Counted from the first letter of the stretch, positions 9,243 to 18,791 are shown. The stretch is 64,000 nucleotides of DNA from an uncultured Candidatus Saccharibacteria bacterium (GCA_964496425.1 CAZBZO010000002.1:130450-194449), one strand, 5' to 3'. Numbers and translations are program-made. Notes: generated by a model not told the origin, from the sequence alone.

Positions 9243-9782
9243 ATGAAATATAAAAGAAAAATTCAAATCGGTGTTATGGGATCAATGGCAGATCTTAAGT
9301 ATTCTAAAAAGCTTGAAAAGCTTGCTGAGCAGGTCGGCTATTGGATTGCAAAAAATAATGCAACGCTTGTTTTTGGTGCTGAAAAAGATTCGGACTCACT
9401 GTCAACAGCTGCTTGTCGTGGTGCAAAAAAAGAAGGTGGTCTAACTATCGGCATTACGTATGGAAAAGGTTTAAATATTTATGAAAACGCTTTAGCAGAT
9501 GCAGTTGTTGCTACAGGACTTGAAAGGGGTGGGGGCAGAGAAACTGCCCTTGTGTTAAGTTGTGATGGAATTATTACGATTGGCGGAGGTTCAGGTACCC
9601 TTACTGAAATCGCCATTGCCTACCAAGCAAACATACCAATAGTAGCAATTAGAAATACAGGTGGCTGGAGTGACAAATTAGCTGATCAATATTTAGATGA
9701 ACGAAAAAGAATTCGAGTTACAGGAGAAGATACTGCTGAAGAAAGTGTCAAAAAAATTATTAAACAAATTAAAAATGACTAA
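9243..9782 (+). CDS. LOG-like Rossmann-fold nucleotide-binding protein (TIGR00725/SLOG family)
   Basis: IGVMGS...GGGSGTLTE motif (PGGxGTxxE of LOG phosphoribohydrolases). 179 aa. Confidence 0.7.
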   Translation: MKYKRKIQIGVMGSMADLKYSKKLEKLAEQVGYWIAKNNATLVFGAEKDSDSLSTAACRGAKKEGGLTIGITYGKGLNIYENALADAVVATGLERGGGRETALVLSCDGIITIGGGSGTLTEIAIAYQANIPIVAIRNTGGWSDKLADQYLDERKRIRVTGEDTAEESVKKIIKQIKND

Positions 9783-9866
9783 GAAAAGCTTTATTATAAA
9801 TAAAATCCATTCTGCATACCACTTCTTGGAAGAAGCTGGTTGTTGAAAGTTTTTATTTTCCACACC

Positions 9867-9895
9867 TAACCTCTTCCCAGAAGAGGTTTTTCTTT
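9867..9895 (+). terminator. Rho-independent terminator
   Basis: aaCCTCTTCccagGAAGAGGtttttctttt. Confidence 0.6.
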
Positions 9896-9938
9896 TGGTG
9901 GAGTAATAAATATTTCTTTAACAACTAAAAACAATATA

Positions 9939-10802
9939 ATGAAAAAGAAACCGTACGTCGTCTCAGCAGATATCTATCTGCTACTTACTAAATGGGCAAA
10001 ACAGAAAAACTTTGTCCTTCCTAAAGAAGAATTCATTCAACAATTCAGAAAAGAGTTCTGTGATTGTATGCTTAAAATATTTCCTTGCTTTGAATTTATT
10101 TCAGAAAAAGAAATTTTAGACCACCTGCAAACTACTACAGCATCGAGCGGTCTCCCCTGCGTGTCCCTTGATCCAGTCTATTTGTATTGTAATTATTCAC
10201 TTGAGCTTACAAGAAAAGTGGACTTGGGAGGCTTCGACCAGGGGCTTCATAGTCGTTTCGGCAACACTTCTTTGCTTACGCAATTAAGTTGCTTAAAAGC
10301 TAATGGAATTAAGGAAGTATGTCTTGTAGACGATGTGATCTTTTCAGGAGATCTTATGGAAAGAATCATAGAATTGCTTGCCAATGTCGGAATTAGTGTC
10401 CCTGTTGTTTGCGCTGGTATAGGAATACAAGATGGAGTTAGTCGTGTACTTAGCCCGAAAACAAAAGTCGAATGCGCAAAAATTTATATTGAAGTCATTG
10501 ACGAAGTATGTGAAAGGGATTTTTATCCCGGTGTCCCTTTTTCTGGTCGTTCACTTATAGGTGAGAGCAACATCGGTCTGCCTTATATTATTCCATTCGG
10601 TAAACCAAGGAAATGGGCTTCTATTCCGACGTATTTTCACAAGGAATTTTCAAAATTTTGTATAGATCAAGCTATAATCCTGTTTGAGGAAATACAAAGA
10701 ATTTCTAATAAAGAAGTTTGTTGTTCTGATATCGAACGAAAGGTTCCTCAACAGCCAATAAAAGGAAGCTATATTGAATTTTTGAAACGAATTGTCGTTT
10801 GA
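9939..10802 (+). CDS. Type I phosphoribosyltransferase-like protein of unknown specificity
   Basis: PRPP-binding-type motif VCLVDDVIFSGDLME (hydrophobic run, DD, then small residues). 287 aa, with an N-terminal extension of about 130 aa and a C-terminal extension. Confidence 0.55.
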   Translation: MKKKPYVVSADIYLLLTKWAKQKNFVLPKEEFIQQFRKEFCDCMLKIFPCFEFISEKEILDHLQTTTASSGLPCVSLDPVYLYCNYSLELTRKVDLGGFDQGLHSRFGNTSLLTQLSCLKANGIKEVCLVDDVIFSGDLMERIIELLANVGISVPVVCAGIGIQDGVSRVLSPKTKVECAKIYIEVIDEVCERDFYPGVPFSGRSLIGESNIGLPYIIPFGKPRKWASIPTYFHKEFSKFCIDQAIILFEEIQRISNKEVCCSDIERKVPQQPIKGSYIEFLKRIVV

Positions 10803-10909
10803 TTATATTCCAGAGTCTGCATGTTATTAAAACTTGTAGGCTCTTTTTATTTTAAACTTTACTTAGATAAAGTCGAGAAATTGGGGAACAAAACTGGTAT
10901 ACTATTTTC

Positions 10910-11494
10910 GTGATCCCCTCTTATTTCCTCTGGCTGGCGCCACTCATTTCCCTCACCGGCGGTGCATTCTATATTCGTAGCACACTCAAAGGTACTACCA
11001 AGCCCAATCGCGTCTCCTGGATACTTTTCGCTCTGATACCGATCATTGCGGGTAGCGCAGCACTTGCAGAAGGCGTGTGGTTAGCAGCCATGCCGACATT
11101 TGCAGCCGGTATTTCACCAGTGCTCGTCGTCATAGCTTCGTTTTGGAATAAAAATGCCTATTGGAAGATCACTAAGCTCGATATAGCCTGTGGTGCTCTA
11201 TCGATCTTGGCGATCATCATGTGGCTTGGTACTAAGAATCCGCTCGTCGCTATAGCTTTTGCAATTGGCGCTGATGCGCTCGCGGCATTGCCAACAATTA
11301 TAAAATCCTGGAAACATCCGGAAACAGAAAATTTTCTTGGTTATACGCCGGCTATCATCAACGTCATCATTGCTTTCCTCGTCATTGGCCCGACACACCT
11401 GACCTTTGCCAACTTTGGTTTCAGTATGTACCTTCTTGTTACGTGCGTCATGTTGGTAACAATTATTCTCGGAAGAAAACCTCGCCTGACATAG
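10910..11494 (+). CDS. Hypothetical polytopic membrane protein
   Basis: 194 aa with about six hydrophobic segments and a GTG start. A bidirectional terminator follows. Confidence 0.5.
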   Translation: MIPSYFLWLAPLISLTGGAFYIRSTLKGTTKPNRVSWILFALIPIIAGSAALAEGVWLAAMPTFAAGISPVLVVIASFWNKNAYWKITKLDIACGALSILAIIMWLGTKNPLVAIAFAIGADALAALPTIIKSWKHPETENFLGYTPAIINVIIAFLVIGPTHLTFANFGFSMYLLVTCVMLVTIILGRKPRLT

Positions 11495-11505
11495 CTTTAA
11501 AAGAA

Positions 11506-11530
11506 AAAGCCCGCATAAGCGGGCTTTTTC
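11506..11530. terminator. Bidirectional terminator hairpin
   Basis: aaaaGCCCGCataaGCGGGCttttt, between convergent genes. Confidence 0.7.
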
Positions 11531-11685
11531 AATACCAGAGTGAGTTACTCAGCTGGAGCGTCGGTCGCTGGTGTTGTTTCCTCTGTTGTTGGTTCTGTTG
11601 TTTCGTCTGACATAGTATTTTCTCGTTTAATGGATAAGGTGCTTACTCTAACACAGATATAGCAAACCTCAAAGGGGTGAGGGCT

Positions 11686-13080
11686 TTACTTACTCAGCTT
11701 AATTCCAAGCTCTTTTAGCTGTTTTTCAGACACTTCGGCCGGAGAATGCATCATAAGATCCTTGCCTTCACCGGTTTTTGGAAATGCAATCACTTCGCGA
11801 ATGTTGGGTTCATTCTGTAAAATCATGACGATGCGATCTATCCCGGGAGCAAAGCCGCCATGCGGTGGTGCGCCAAACGTAAAGGCTTCAAGCATGTGAC
11901 CAAATTTCTTCTGCTGTTCTTCTTCGCTGATTTCCAAAAGATCAAAAACTCGTTTTTGCATAGCTCGCTCATGAATACGAATTGATCCGGAGGAGAGTTC
12001 GTAGCCGTTGAGTACTAGATCGTAGGCATTGGCGCGAATTGAAAACATGTCTTCCCCTTTCATAAATTTCTCTTGATCTTCAGGCTTGATTGAGCAAAAT
12101 GGATGATGCACTGCCTGGAGCTCGCCGTCATCAGTGCGCTCAAACATTGGAAAGTCAAGCACCCAACAAAAAGCTAGCTCGTTTGGATCATTTTTATCGA
12201 CGCGCATATCTGGCTTATCAGAACCATATTTTTCCATTGACTCGGCATAGGTCAAGCGTGGGAACGGTAGTGTCGTAATCTTTTTTTCTGGATAGAGAGT
12301 TTCTACCAATTTTATAAACATGGCTTCAGTATATTCAAGCACTTCCTCTTGGGTGACAAAAGACATTTCAAAGTCGAGCTGAGTAAATTCTGGCTGACGA
12401 TCGCCTCTGGTGTCTTCGTCACGCATACAACGAGCAATTTGAAAATACTTTTCAAATCCTGCTACCATTGAAAGCTGTTTGAATTGCTGTGGAGATTGCG
12501 GAAGTGCATAAAAAGTACCTTGCCAAAGTCGTGAAGGCACAATGTATTCACGCGAGCCTTCCGGTGTGCCCTTCATAAGCATCGGAGTCTCGATTTCAAT
12601 GAAATCATTGTCATGCATATACTTCCGGAAAAAAGTAATGATTTTATCGCGCATGCGAATATTTTTCTGCATACGCTCACTACGCAAATCGAGATACTTG
12701 TATTTCATTCGCAAATCTTCGTTGATATTTTTTGTGTCCCCATTGAGTTCAAATGGCGGCGTTTCTGCTTGGTTCAACACTTCGATCTTGGTGATCTCAA
12801 GTTCGATATCGCCATTCATTGCTCCTAGCTTCACATTTTTCTCAGGGCGCTTGTTCACTATGCCCTCAATTTTAAGCACCCATTCATTGCGAACAGTTTT
12901 GGCGACTTCAATAGCCTCAGTGTGTGTCGGAAGGACGATACACTGGATTTTGCCACTCATGTCTCGGACATCCATAAAGACCATTTTCCCTTGGTCTCGA
13001 CGAATATCTACCCAGCCAGCAATAGTGACTTCACTACCGACCGAACTCCCCAAATCTTTTATGTATGTTCTGTTTTTCAT
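11686..13080 (-). CDS. aspS: Aspartate--tRNA ligase, short form without the GAD insertion
   Basis: OB-fold N-terminus. Class II motifs QSPQQFKQL and FQIARCMRDEDTRGDRQPEFTQLDFEMSF. GAPPHGGFAPGIDR near the C-terminus. 464 aa. Confidence 0.85.
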   Translation of the reverse strand: MKNRTYIKDLGSSVGSEVTIAGWVDIRRDQGKMVFMDVRDMSGKIQCIVLPTHTEAIEVAKTVRNEWVLKIEGIVNKRPEKNVKLGAMNGDIELEITKIEVLNQAETPPFELNGDTKNINEDLRMKYKYLDLRSERMQKNIRMRDKIITFFRKYMHDNDFIEIETPMLMKGTPEGSREYIVPSRLWQGTFYALPQSPQQFKQLSMVAGFEKYFQIARCMRDEDTRGDRQPEFTQLDFEMSFVTQEEVLEYTEAMFIKLVETLYPEKKITTLPFPRLTYAESMEKYGSDKPDMRVDKNDPNELAFCWVLDFPMFERTDDGELQAVHHPFCSIKPEDQEKFMKGEDMFSIRANAYDLVLNGYELSSGSIRIHERAMQKRVFDLLEISEEEQQKKFGHMLEAFTFGAPPHGGFAPGIDRIVMILQNEPNIREVIAFPKTGEGKDLMMHSPAEVSEKQLKELGIKLSK

Positions 13081-13141
13081 ATAATTTTCGCCAGAGAAAC
13101 AAAAATCGCCTCTCTGAACTTACATTAGTTTGTAAATTCAT

Positions 13142-13250
13142 AGGGGCGATTCTTGCGCTTGTGGTGAGCGCAGTCGAACCACGGTGCCACCCTACTTCGC
13201 CACGCTGGAACTCGAAGAGTGGAAGCGGGCTTCTCTTTGTATTTTTCTAA
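13142..13250 (+). ncRNA. Candidate structured RNA (GC-rich island); identity and strand unresolved
   Basis: About 100 nt with markedly higher GC than the AT-rich spacer around it. It has self-complementary blocks (GCGCttgtggtgaGCGC, GGTGccACC, CTTCG..CGAAG, GAAGCgggCTTC), begins GGGGCGATTCT and contains GGAAGC. Confidence 0.25.
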
Positions 13251-13352
13251 TTTCGCCTCCCCTGTTGTCAGCAGGATCATTGGTTCGTATATAGTAACAT
13301 CTGTGTCAAAAAAGTAAAACCGACAGAGGACTCTCGTCATATCGGTTTTGTT

Positions 13353-13583
13353 TTACCAAGTTGAAGGACACCAACCCAAAACAATAATCCCATCTTCTTT
13401 GCAATCCAATATTAACTCACACCATGAAAGAAGACCGAAACCCTCCTGCACCCAGGCTTTGTTACATTTGCAATTTCCATTCTTAAATTTATATCTACAA
13501 AATTTAGATGGCGGGCCACTGTTTTGTTGAGGTAAATGGTGGTCACTATCAGAACCGTTAGTACCTGTCTGAGAATCGTGCAT
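13353..13583 (-). CDS. Possible small cysteine-rich protein
   Basis: 76-aa ORF starting 13 nt after the stop of the upstream gene. Contains CRYKFKNGNCKCNKAW..C..C. No clear RBS. Confidence 0.2.
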   Translation of the reverse strand: MHDSQTGTNGSDSDHHLPQQNSGPPSKFCRYKFKNGNCKCNKAWVQEGFGLLSWCELILDCKEDGIIVLGWCPSTW

Positions 13584-13596
13584 AACACTTTTGGTT

Positions 13597-14244
13597 TTAG
13601 AGGGTTAAATTTAATCTTTTCATTTCTTTCTCAATTGCACTTTTTCCAAAATCGCGATTAAGACTTCGAGCAATCTTATTGTAGGTCTCCTCGTCATACC
13701 TGTCTTTCCGAAGAAGATATGGTATGTCGTTTGGAATAATTCTTCGTACAAAGAATAGTGGGAATGGTGGACGTGAAGGAAAAAATACCGGACATCTCAC
13801 GGATGGGACTTGACTATGAGGATGTAGTTCAGATAGCAGTATGCCACGCTCAACGAATCTGGGCTGCAAATCCTTTTGCACTTTGCTGATAAAAGTATTG
13901 CAATCCTCCGCTGATTGTGGTCCAAAAACCATGACAAGCAAACAAGCAAGTTTCTGTTTTGAAGGTTCCCAAACATCAATAAAGTGTCTGAGATGATCTT
14001 CCAACAATGAATCCTTAATCTTGACTATTGCGTTTCTGTCACTTACATCAATAATTTCATTTGTAAAACATACAGTCTCATGCTCCAAGACTTTTGAAGT
14101 AAAAGGACAAACAGTTCCAAAGTATCCTGCATCACTTAAAATTGAATGCGGTTTACTTAAAAAACTTTCAAGATACTCCAATGTACCTCTAAGTAGCGGG
14201 CAATTGGATGAGCGAGCTGATTGTAAATCAATGTAATTATTCAT
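13597..14244 (-). CDS. Hypothetical protein
   Basis: 215-aa ORF with no motif I can name. Confidence 0.5.
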   Translation of the reverse strand: MNNYIDLQSARSSNCPLLRGTLEYLESFLSKPHSILSDAGYFGTVCPFTSKVLEHETVCFTNEIIDVSDRNAIVKIKDSLLEDHLRHFIDVWEPSKQKLACLLVMVFGPQSAEDCNTFISKVQKDLQPRFVERGILLSELHPHSQVPSVRCPVFFPSRPPFPLFFVRRIIPNDIPYLLRKDRYDEETYNKIARSLNRDFGKSAIEKEMKRLNLTL

Positions 14245-14290
14245 TTTTTTTGCCTTCTCAGGACTTGGTTTAGATTATGAAATTATTAAC

Positions 14291-14319
14291 GAACAAAAAT
14301 CCGGCATCTCGTGTGCCGG
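14291..14319 (-). terminator. Hairpin terminator (minus-strand reading)
   Basis: CCGGCAtctcgtgTGCCGG with a T tract on the minus strand. Confidence 0.4.
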
Positions 14320-14571
14320 TTAGGATACGCCCATGGAGTCAATAATAAGTTATCAGTTACGAGTTAGAAGTTGAATACTGTATTGAAATAGGCACATAAA
14401 ACCAGCACAGGTAATTGTGTCGATTCGCCAGCTATTCCCTTTCCGTGTATTTATTTCCATATCCCAAGTGTATCAGTGTACTAGTACACAGTCAAGAGAC
14501 AGCACCTACCGCCTGTGGAAAACTACTAGCCCTATTCTGGGTTAGATGGAGGAAAAGTCTTTGTATTAAAA

Positions 14572-14877
14572 TCACGACTTTCCTTTATTCCCTTTTAGAA
14601 TAAGGTTGAAGCCGCCTTTGGGATTTCTAAGTTCCCTACTCCCACGGGCGACCGTGCCAATACCAATTTTGAGCTTATCAGCGATTTCTCGATGTGACTC
14701 GCCTCTGCTTAAAAGTTTTACGATTTGCCAACGAATAGCGAGCTCGTCGTATTCTCCAGGAGTATAAAAATCAATCAAGGCTTCTTGGAAAAGTTCGGGT
14801 GATTTTGCCGTATCGCGTAACACACGCGTAAATTCTTCCTTGTATTTTTTTAAAGTTTCTCGCGGCAGGCGTTTCAT
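14572..14877 (-). CDS. TrpR-like DNA-binding protein, YerC/YecD family (second paralog)
   Basis: ELAIRWQIVKLLSRGESHREIADKLKIGIGTVARGSRELR matches the Trp-repressor-like HTH. 101 aa. Confidence 0.75.
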   Translation of the reverse strand: MKRLPRETLKKYKEEFTRVLRDTAKSPELFQEALIDFYTPGEYDELAIRWQIVKLLSRGESHREIADKLKIGIGTVARGSRELRNPKGGFNLILKGNKGKS

Positions 14878-14878
14878 A

Positions 14879-15103
14879 TTAATGCAAACTCTCTCCTAAT
14901 TTTTCGCAGGGATACGAAATAATGACAACAATCACAAAGAGTAAGTAATACAGAGGGGTGGCAGCGTAAAAAGAGATCGAATCATTCATTTTCCACTTAA
15001 AGTAGTGCTTTTGAAACCATAAGAAGAAAAGGTTGAGCGGATAGTAAATAATACCGAGAAGCGTAGCGACTATGAATTTAAGAAGTTGAACAATAAGTTC
15101 CAT
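14879..15103 (-). CDS. Small membrane protein (two TM)
   Basis: 74-aa hydrophobic ORF sitting between trpS and the yerC-like gene with 1-3 nt spacing. Confidence 0.4.
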   Translation of the reverse strand: MELIVQLLKFIVATLLGIIYYPLNLFFLWFQKHYFKWKMNDSISFYAATPLYYLLFVIVVIISYPCEKLGESLH

Positions 15104-15106
15104 AGA

Positions 15107-16060
15107 TTAATACAATTTAACCCCGATTCGATCACGCACTATTTGCATCTTTGCCTCGGCGCGAATCCGTGCGTTCTCGCCGCCCGATTTTAATATTTTG
15201 AGAATATTTTCAGGGTCTTCCGCGAGCGCCTTTCGTTTTTCACGAAGCGGCGTAATAAAAGTATCAATGTCTTCAATGAGACCTTCTTTTAAAATTTTGT
15301 ACTTCCCTTTATTGCTCTCGTAAAAATCCGCGAGCTTCTCTTTGGATACAAAAAGTTTATGGATCGCATACACATTTTCCGGAATATCAGCTCCGGAATC
15401 AGTCACTATGCTCATCACAGCTTTTTGTATTTCATCTCGCGTGGCAAATAATGGAATTGTATTACCATAGCTTTTGCTCATTTTCCGTCCATCGAGTCCA
15501 GGCACAATACCAACATCAGGCAAAATGAGGGCTTCTGGCATGCTAAACGTTTCCCCAAAAATTCGGTTAAATTTTTCAGCTGTGTCACGTGCGTATTCTA
15601 CGTGTTGTTTCTGGTCGGCACCGACTGGCACTACGTGCGGATCGTAGAGCAAAATATCAGCGGCCATAAGCATTGGGTAATCAAATAATCCTACATTGAC
15701 TTCCTTGGCTTTCTGATTGGCATCCTTGTATGCGACTGCTCGTTCAAGATATGGCACAGTCGTTATGCAGTTGAAAATCCACGCAAGTTCCGGGTGAGCT
15801 GACACGTCAGATTGCTTAAAAAGTGTTACTTTTTTTGGATCAAGTCCGACTGCTAAGTAATCAAGAGCTATATTTAAAATATTCTCTTTAAGCGTAGGGC
15901 CGTTTTGAAGTGTCGTAAGAGCATGAAGGTCTACGATAATAACAAAGCTTTCATGCGAGTCCTGAAGGTCTACATATTGCTTCAAGGCGCCAAAATAGTT
16001 GCCAATATGGAGCTTGCCGGAAGGCTGAATCCCTGAAACTAAAGTCTTTTTTCCTGTCAT
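15107..16060 (-). CDS. trpS: Tryptophan--tRNA ligase
   Basis: GIQPSGKLHIGNY (HIGH-type motif) and KMSKS. The likely start is MTGKK, so the upstream part of the 346-aa ORF is probably not translated. Confidence 0.85.
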   Translation of the reverse strand: MTGKKTLVSGIQPSGKLHIGNYFGALKQYVDLQDSHESFVIIVDLHALTTLQNGPTLKENILNIALDYLAVGLDPKKVTLFKQSDVSAHPELAWIFNCITTVPYLERAVAYKDANQKAKEVNVGLFDYPMLMAADILLYDPHVVPVGADQKQHVEYARDTAEKFNRIFGETFSMPEALILPDVGIVPGLDGRKMSKSYGNTIPLFATRDEIQKAVMSIVTDSGADIPENVYAIHKLFVSKEKLADFYESNKGKYKILKEGLIEDIDTFITPLREKRKALAEDPENILKILKSGGENARIRAEAKMQIVRDRIGVKLY

Positions 16061-16190
16061 GACCCTAAGCATATCAAAAAAACAGCAAAAAAACGATAGT
16101 ATGCCGAGGTAAAAGTTTATACACACACAAACCACAGCTTTGATCACACTCGAAGCTTGGCTCGCCTACTGCGTATGTTAGAATGCCACT

Positions 16191-17576
16191 ATGCCAAAAA
16201 CATCTCTTCGCATTCCTCCACAAAGTATAGATTCAGAACGAGCCATTTTGGGCTCTATTATGCTGCGTCCGGGGGCACTTGGAGAAATTATCGATCTCAT
16301 CTCCCCGGTCACTTTTTATAGCCAAAAACATAGCCTGATCTATGAGACCATGCTTGACTTGTCGCTTAAAAATGAGCCTATTGATCTGGTATCGCTCACT
16401 CATCTTTTAAAAGAAAAGAAACTTCTAGAAAACATTGGCGGGAGTACATACATTACAGAATTAGTAAATACAGTACCGTCTTCTACAAACATTAAACACT
16501 ACGCTGAGATCGTCTACAAAAAATTTGTACTTAGAAGTTTGATCGATGCTGGTGAATTTATTTCCGAACTAGCCTTCAATGAAGGTACTGAAGCGATTGA
16601 TGAAGTTCTCGATTCTGCCGAGAAAAAAGTTTTTGCCGTGACTGACAGTCCAAAGGGCCAGCAGTTTATAAGCATCAAAGAAACTTTGACGACCGCATGG
16701 GAGCGTCTTGAGCGTCTTCATAACACTAAAGACGAGCTTCGCGGTATTCCGACTGGCTTTGCCAGCCTCGACAATCTTTTAGCAGGTTTTCAAAAATCTG
16801 ATCTTATCATTTTGGCGGCTCGACCTTCGATGGGTAAAACAACGCTGGCACTCGACATCGCCCGCTTGGTCGCTACGAAACACAATGTACCGGTAGGCAT
16901 CTTCTCTCTTGAAATGTCGTCTCAGCAGCTTGTAGATCGCATGCTTGCTGCTGATTCAAAAGTAAATGCCTGGAATCTTCGTACTGGTCGTCTTTCGGGA
17001 GATTCAGATTTTTCTAAGATTCGGGACTCGCTCGATAAACTTTCCAAGGCACCGATTTACATTGATGATCAATCTTCAAGTTCGATCCTCCGAATGCGTT
17101 CTGTGTCGCGTCGCTTGAAAGCCGAACACGGGCTTGGGCTTATTATTGTCGACTACCTCCAACTTATGACAACATCGAAAAATTACGACTCAATGGTCAA
17201 TCAAGTGACAGAAATTTCACGCTCCTTGAAGTCACTTGCTCGCGAGCTCGACGTGCCTGTACTTGCACTCTCTCAGCTTTCTCGTGCAGTTGAAGCTCGT
17301 GGTGGCAAACCACGTCTTTCTGACCTGCGTGATTCAGGATCAATCGAACAGGATGCCGACGTCGTCATGTTTATTCACCGTGAAGATAAGTACAATGAAA
17401 ATTCTGACAAACCAAACATTGCCGAGATATTGATTGAAAAACATCGTAATGGTCCGACAGGTAAGGTCGAACTCTTCTTCGATGAGCGGACAACAAGTTT
17501 CCTTGATCTTGAAAAATCAAATCTGACTGATTTTGCTGCCGCGTACAAAGACGAACCTGCTACTGAAGAGTTTTAA
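16191..17576 (+). CDS. dnaB: Replicative DNA helicase DnaB
   Basis: N-terminal ERAILGSIM, Walker A PSMGKTTLALDIA and the RecA-like C-terminus. 461 aa. Confidence 0.9.
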   Translation: MPKTSLRIPPQSIDSERAILGSIMLRPGALGEIIDLISPVTFYSQKHSLIYETMLDLSLKNEPIDLVSLTHLLKEKKLLENIGGSTYITELVNTVPSSTNIKHYAEIVYKKFVLRSLIDAGEFISELAFNEGTEAIDEVLDSAEKKVFAVTDSPKGQQFISIKETLTTAWERLERLHNTKDELRGIPTGFASLDNLLAGFQKSDLIILAARPSMGKTTLALDIARLVATKHNVPVGIFSLEMSSQQLVDRMLAADSKVNAWNLRTGRLSGDSDFSKIRDSLDKLSKAPIYIDDQSSSSILRMRSVSRRLKAEHGLGLIIVDYLQLMTTSKNYDSMVNQVTEISRSLKSLARELDVPVLALSQLSRAVEARGGKPRLSDLRDSGSIEQDADVVMFIHREDKYNENSDKPNIAEILIEKHRNGPTGKVELFFDERTTSFLDLEKSNLTDFAAAYKDEPATEEF

Positions 17577-17578
17577 TC

Positions 17579-18193
17579 ATGAACAATGCTATTGAAAAAC
17601 TTGCGAAACTTTTTGCGCGTTTCCCCGGCATTGGCGATAGGCAGAGTAAACGTTTTGTATATTTTTTGCTTCATCAAAACTCAGACTATCTCGAAGATAT
17701 CAAACGAGCAATTGGTGAACTTAAAAAACTTGTGCGCCAGTGCGAATCGTGCTTTGTGTATTTTGAATCTGACGGCCAAAAGTTGTGTGAAGTCTGCCGT
17801 GATCCAAAAACAAACTTAGAATCGATTTTAGTTGTAGAAAAAGATAGTGATTATGAAAGTATTCGCCGGAGCCGGACATATAAAGGTAGGTATTTTGTGC
17901 TTGGTGGACTTGTGCCGATAGTAGAAAAAGAAGTAGAGAAAGTTATCCGTCTCCGCGAACTTAAGCGTACAGTTGAAGAGCGATCCGGAGAAGGACTCAA
18001 AGAGGTAATCCTAGCCTTGTCCATTACTCCCCAAGGTGAGCATAGCGATGGCTATCTGCGACAAGCGCTTCGAGACATAGCCGAGAAAAATAATATAAAA
18101 ATATCAAGCTTTGGCCGCGGCCTCTCCACAGGTACCGAAATCGAATACTCTGACAACGAAACCCTTCGAAACGCCCTCGAAAATAGGCAATAA
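17579..18193 (+). CDS. recR: Recombination protein RecR
   Basis: FPGIGDRQSKR helix-hairpin-helix, a C4 zinc finger (CESC..CEVC) and a Toprim domain. 204 aa. Confidence 0.85.
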   Translation: MNNAIEKLAKLFARFPGIGDRQSKRFVYFLLHQNSDYLEDIKRAIGELKKLVRQCESCFVYFESDGQKLCEVCRDPKTNLESILVVEKDSDYESIRRSRTYKGRYFVLGGLVPIVEKEVEKVIRLRELKRTVEERSGEGLKEVILALSITPQGEHSDGYLRQALRDIAEKNNIKISSFGRGLSTGTEIEYSDNETLRNALENRQ

Positions 18194-18239
18194 AATTTCC
18201 CTACTACCTATGCGATAGCAGGGAAATTGCTTGGCTTTC

Positions 18240-18791
18240 TCATTCTTTTTCTAAAACTGGGACACTGCTTATTAATTGATTACTCCATCTCATGTTCTTA
18301 TATACCTCCTCCATAATTTTACATTTGCGTTTTTTTGCTTGTAAAATTAAATCGTTTAAAAAAATATTGAGAACAGTTCCAGTTCCAGAAGTAGTTGCTG
18401 CATTTTTTAGTTTGACAGCAATATATATTTCTGTTATTGGATAGCGAGTAAGCCACATCTCCGATGCCGCATTGTGTGAAGTTATCTTGGCAATCATAGG
18501 ATCCTTAAATAATTTTAACAATAATGTAAAATCATTATCAGCCTTCGTAAGTAAATCCAAAAAAATGTCCTCATAACTTTCATCGTTGGCCATAATAAAT
18601 TTTTCTTTACCAGAAAATGATTTCCAGATCGAATACAACATGTTAAACTTTTCTTCTTTGGAAAAAGAAGATTCATCAAGTCGTTTCTTGTAGAAAGGAA
18701 AAATGATTGCGGCAGCTTTTCGATACCTTGATGAGTGTTTTTCAACTAATATAGAATGTAGCTGGGTAACATTTAAATGAAAAGCTTCCAT
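18240..18791 (-). CDS. Hypothetical protein
   Basis: The likely start is MEAFHL. The upstream extension of the 228-aa ORF overlaps the rplU terminator. Confidence 0.4.
   Translation of the reverse strand: MEAFHLNVTQLHSILVEKHSSRYRKAAAIIFPFYKKRLDESSFSKEEKFNMLYSIWKSFSGKEKFIMANDESYEDIFLDLLTKADNDFTLLLKLFKDPMIAKITSHNAASEMWLTRYPITEIYIAVKLKNAATTSGTGTVLNIFLNDLILQAKKRKCKIMEEVYKNMRWSNQLISSVPVLEKE

Noticed and set aside
13142-13262. Calling the GC-rich element a definite tmRNA or SRP RNA
   Set aside because: It shows only partial motif resemblance (GGGGCGATTCT, GGAAGC). I found no T-arm or CCA partner, no recognisable tag reading frame and no good terminal helix, so it was kept as an unassigned candidate RNA.
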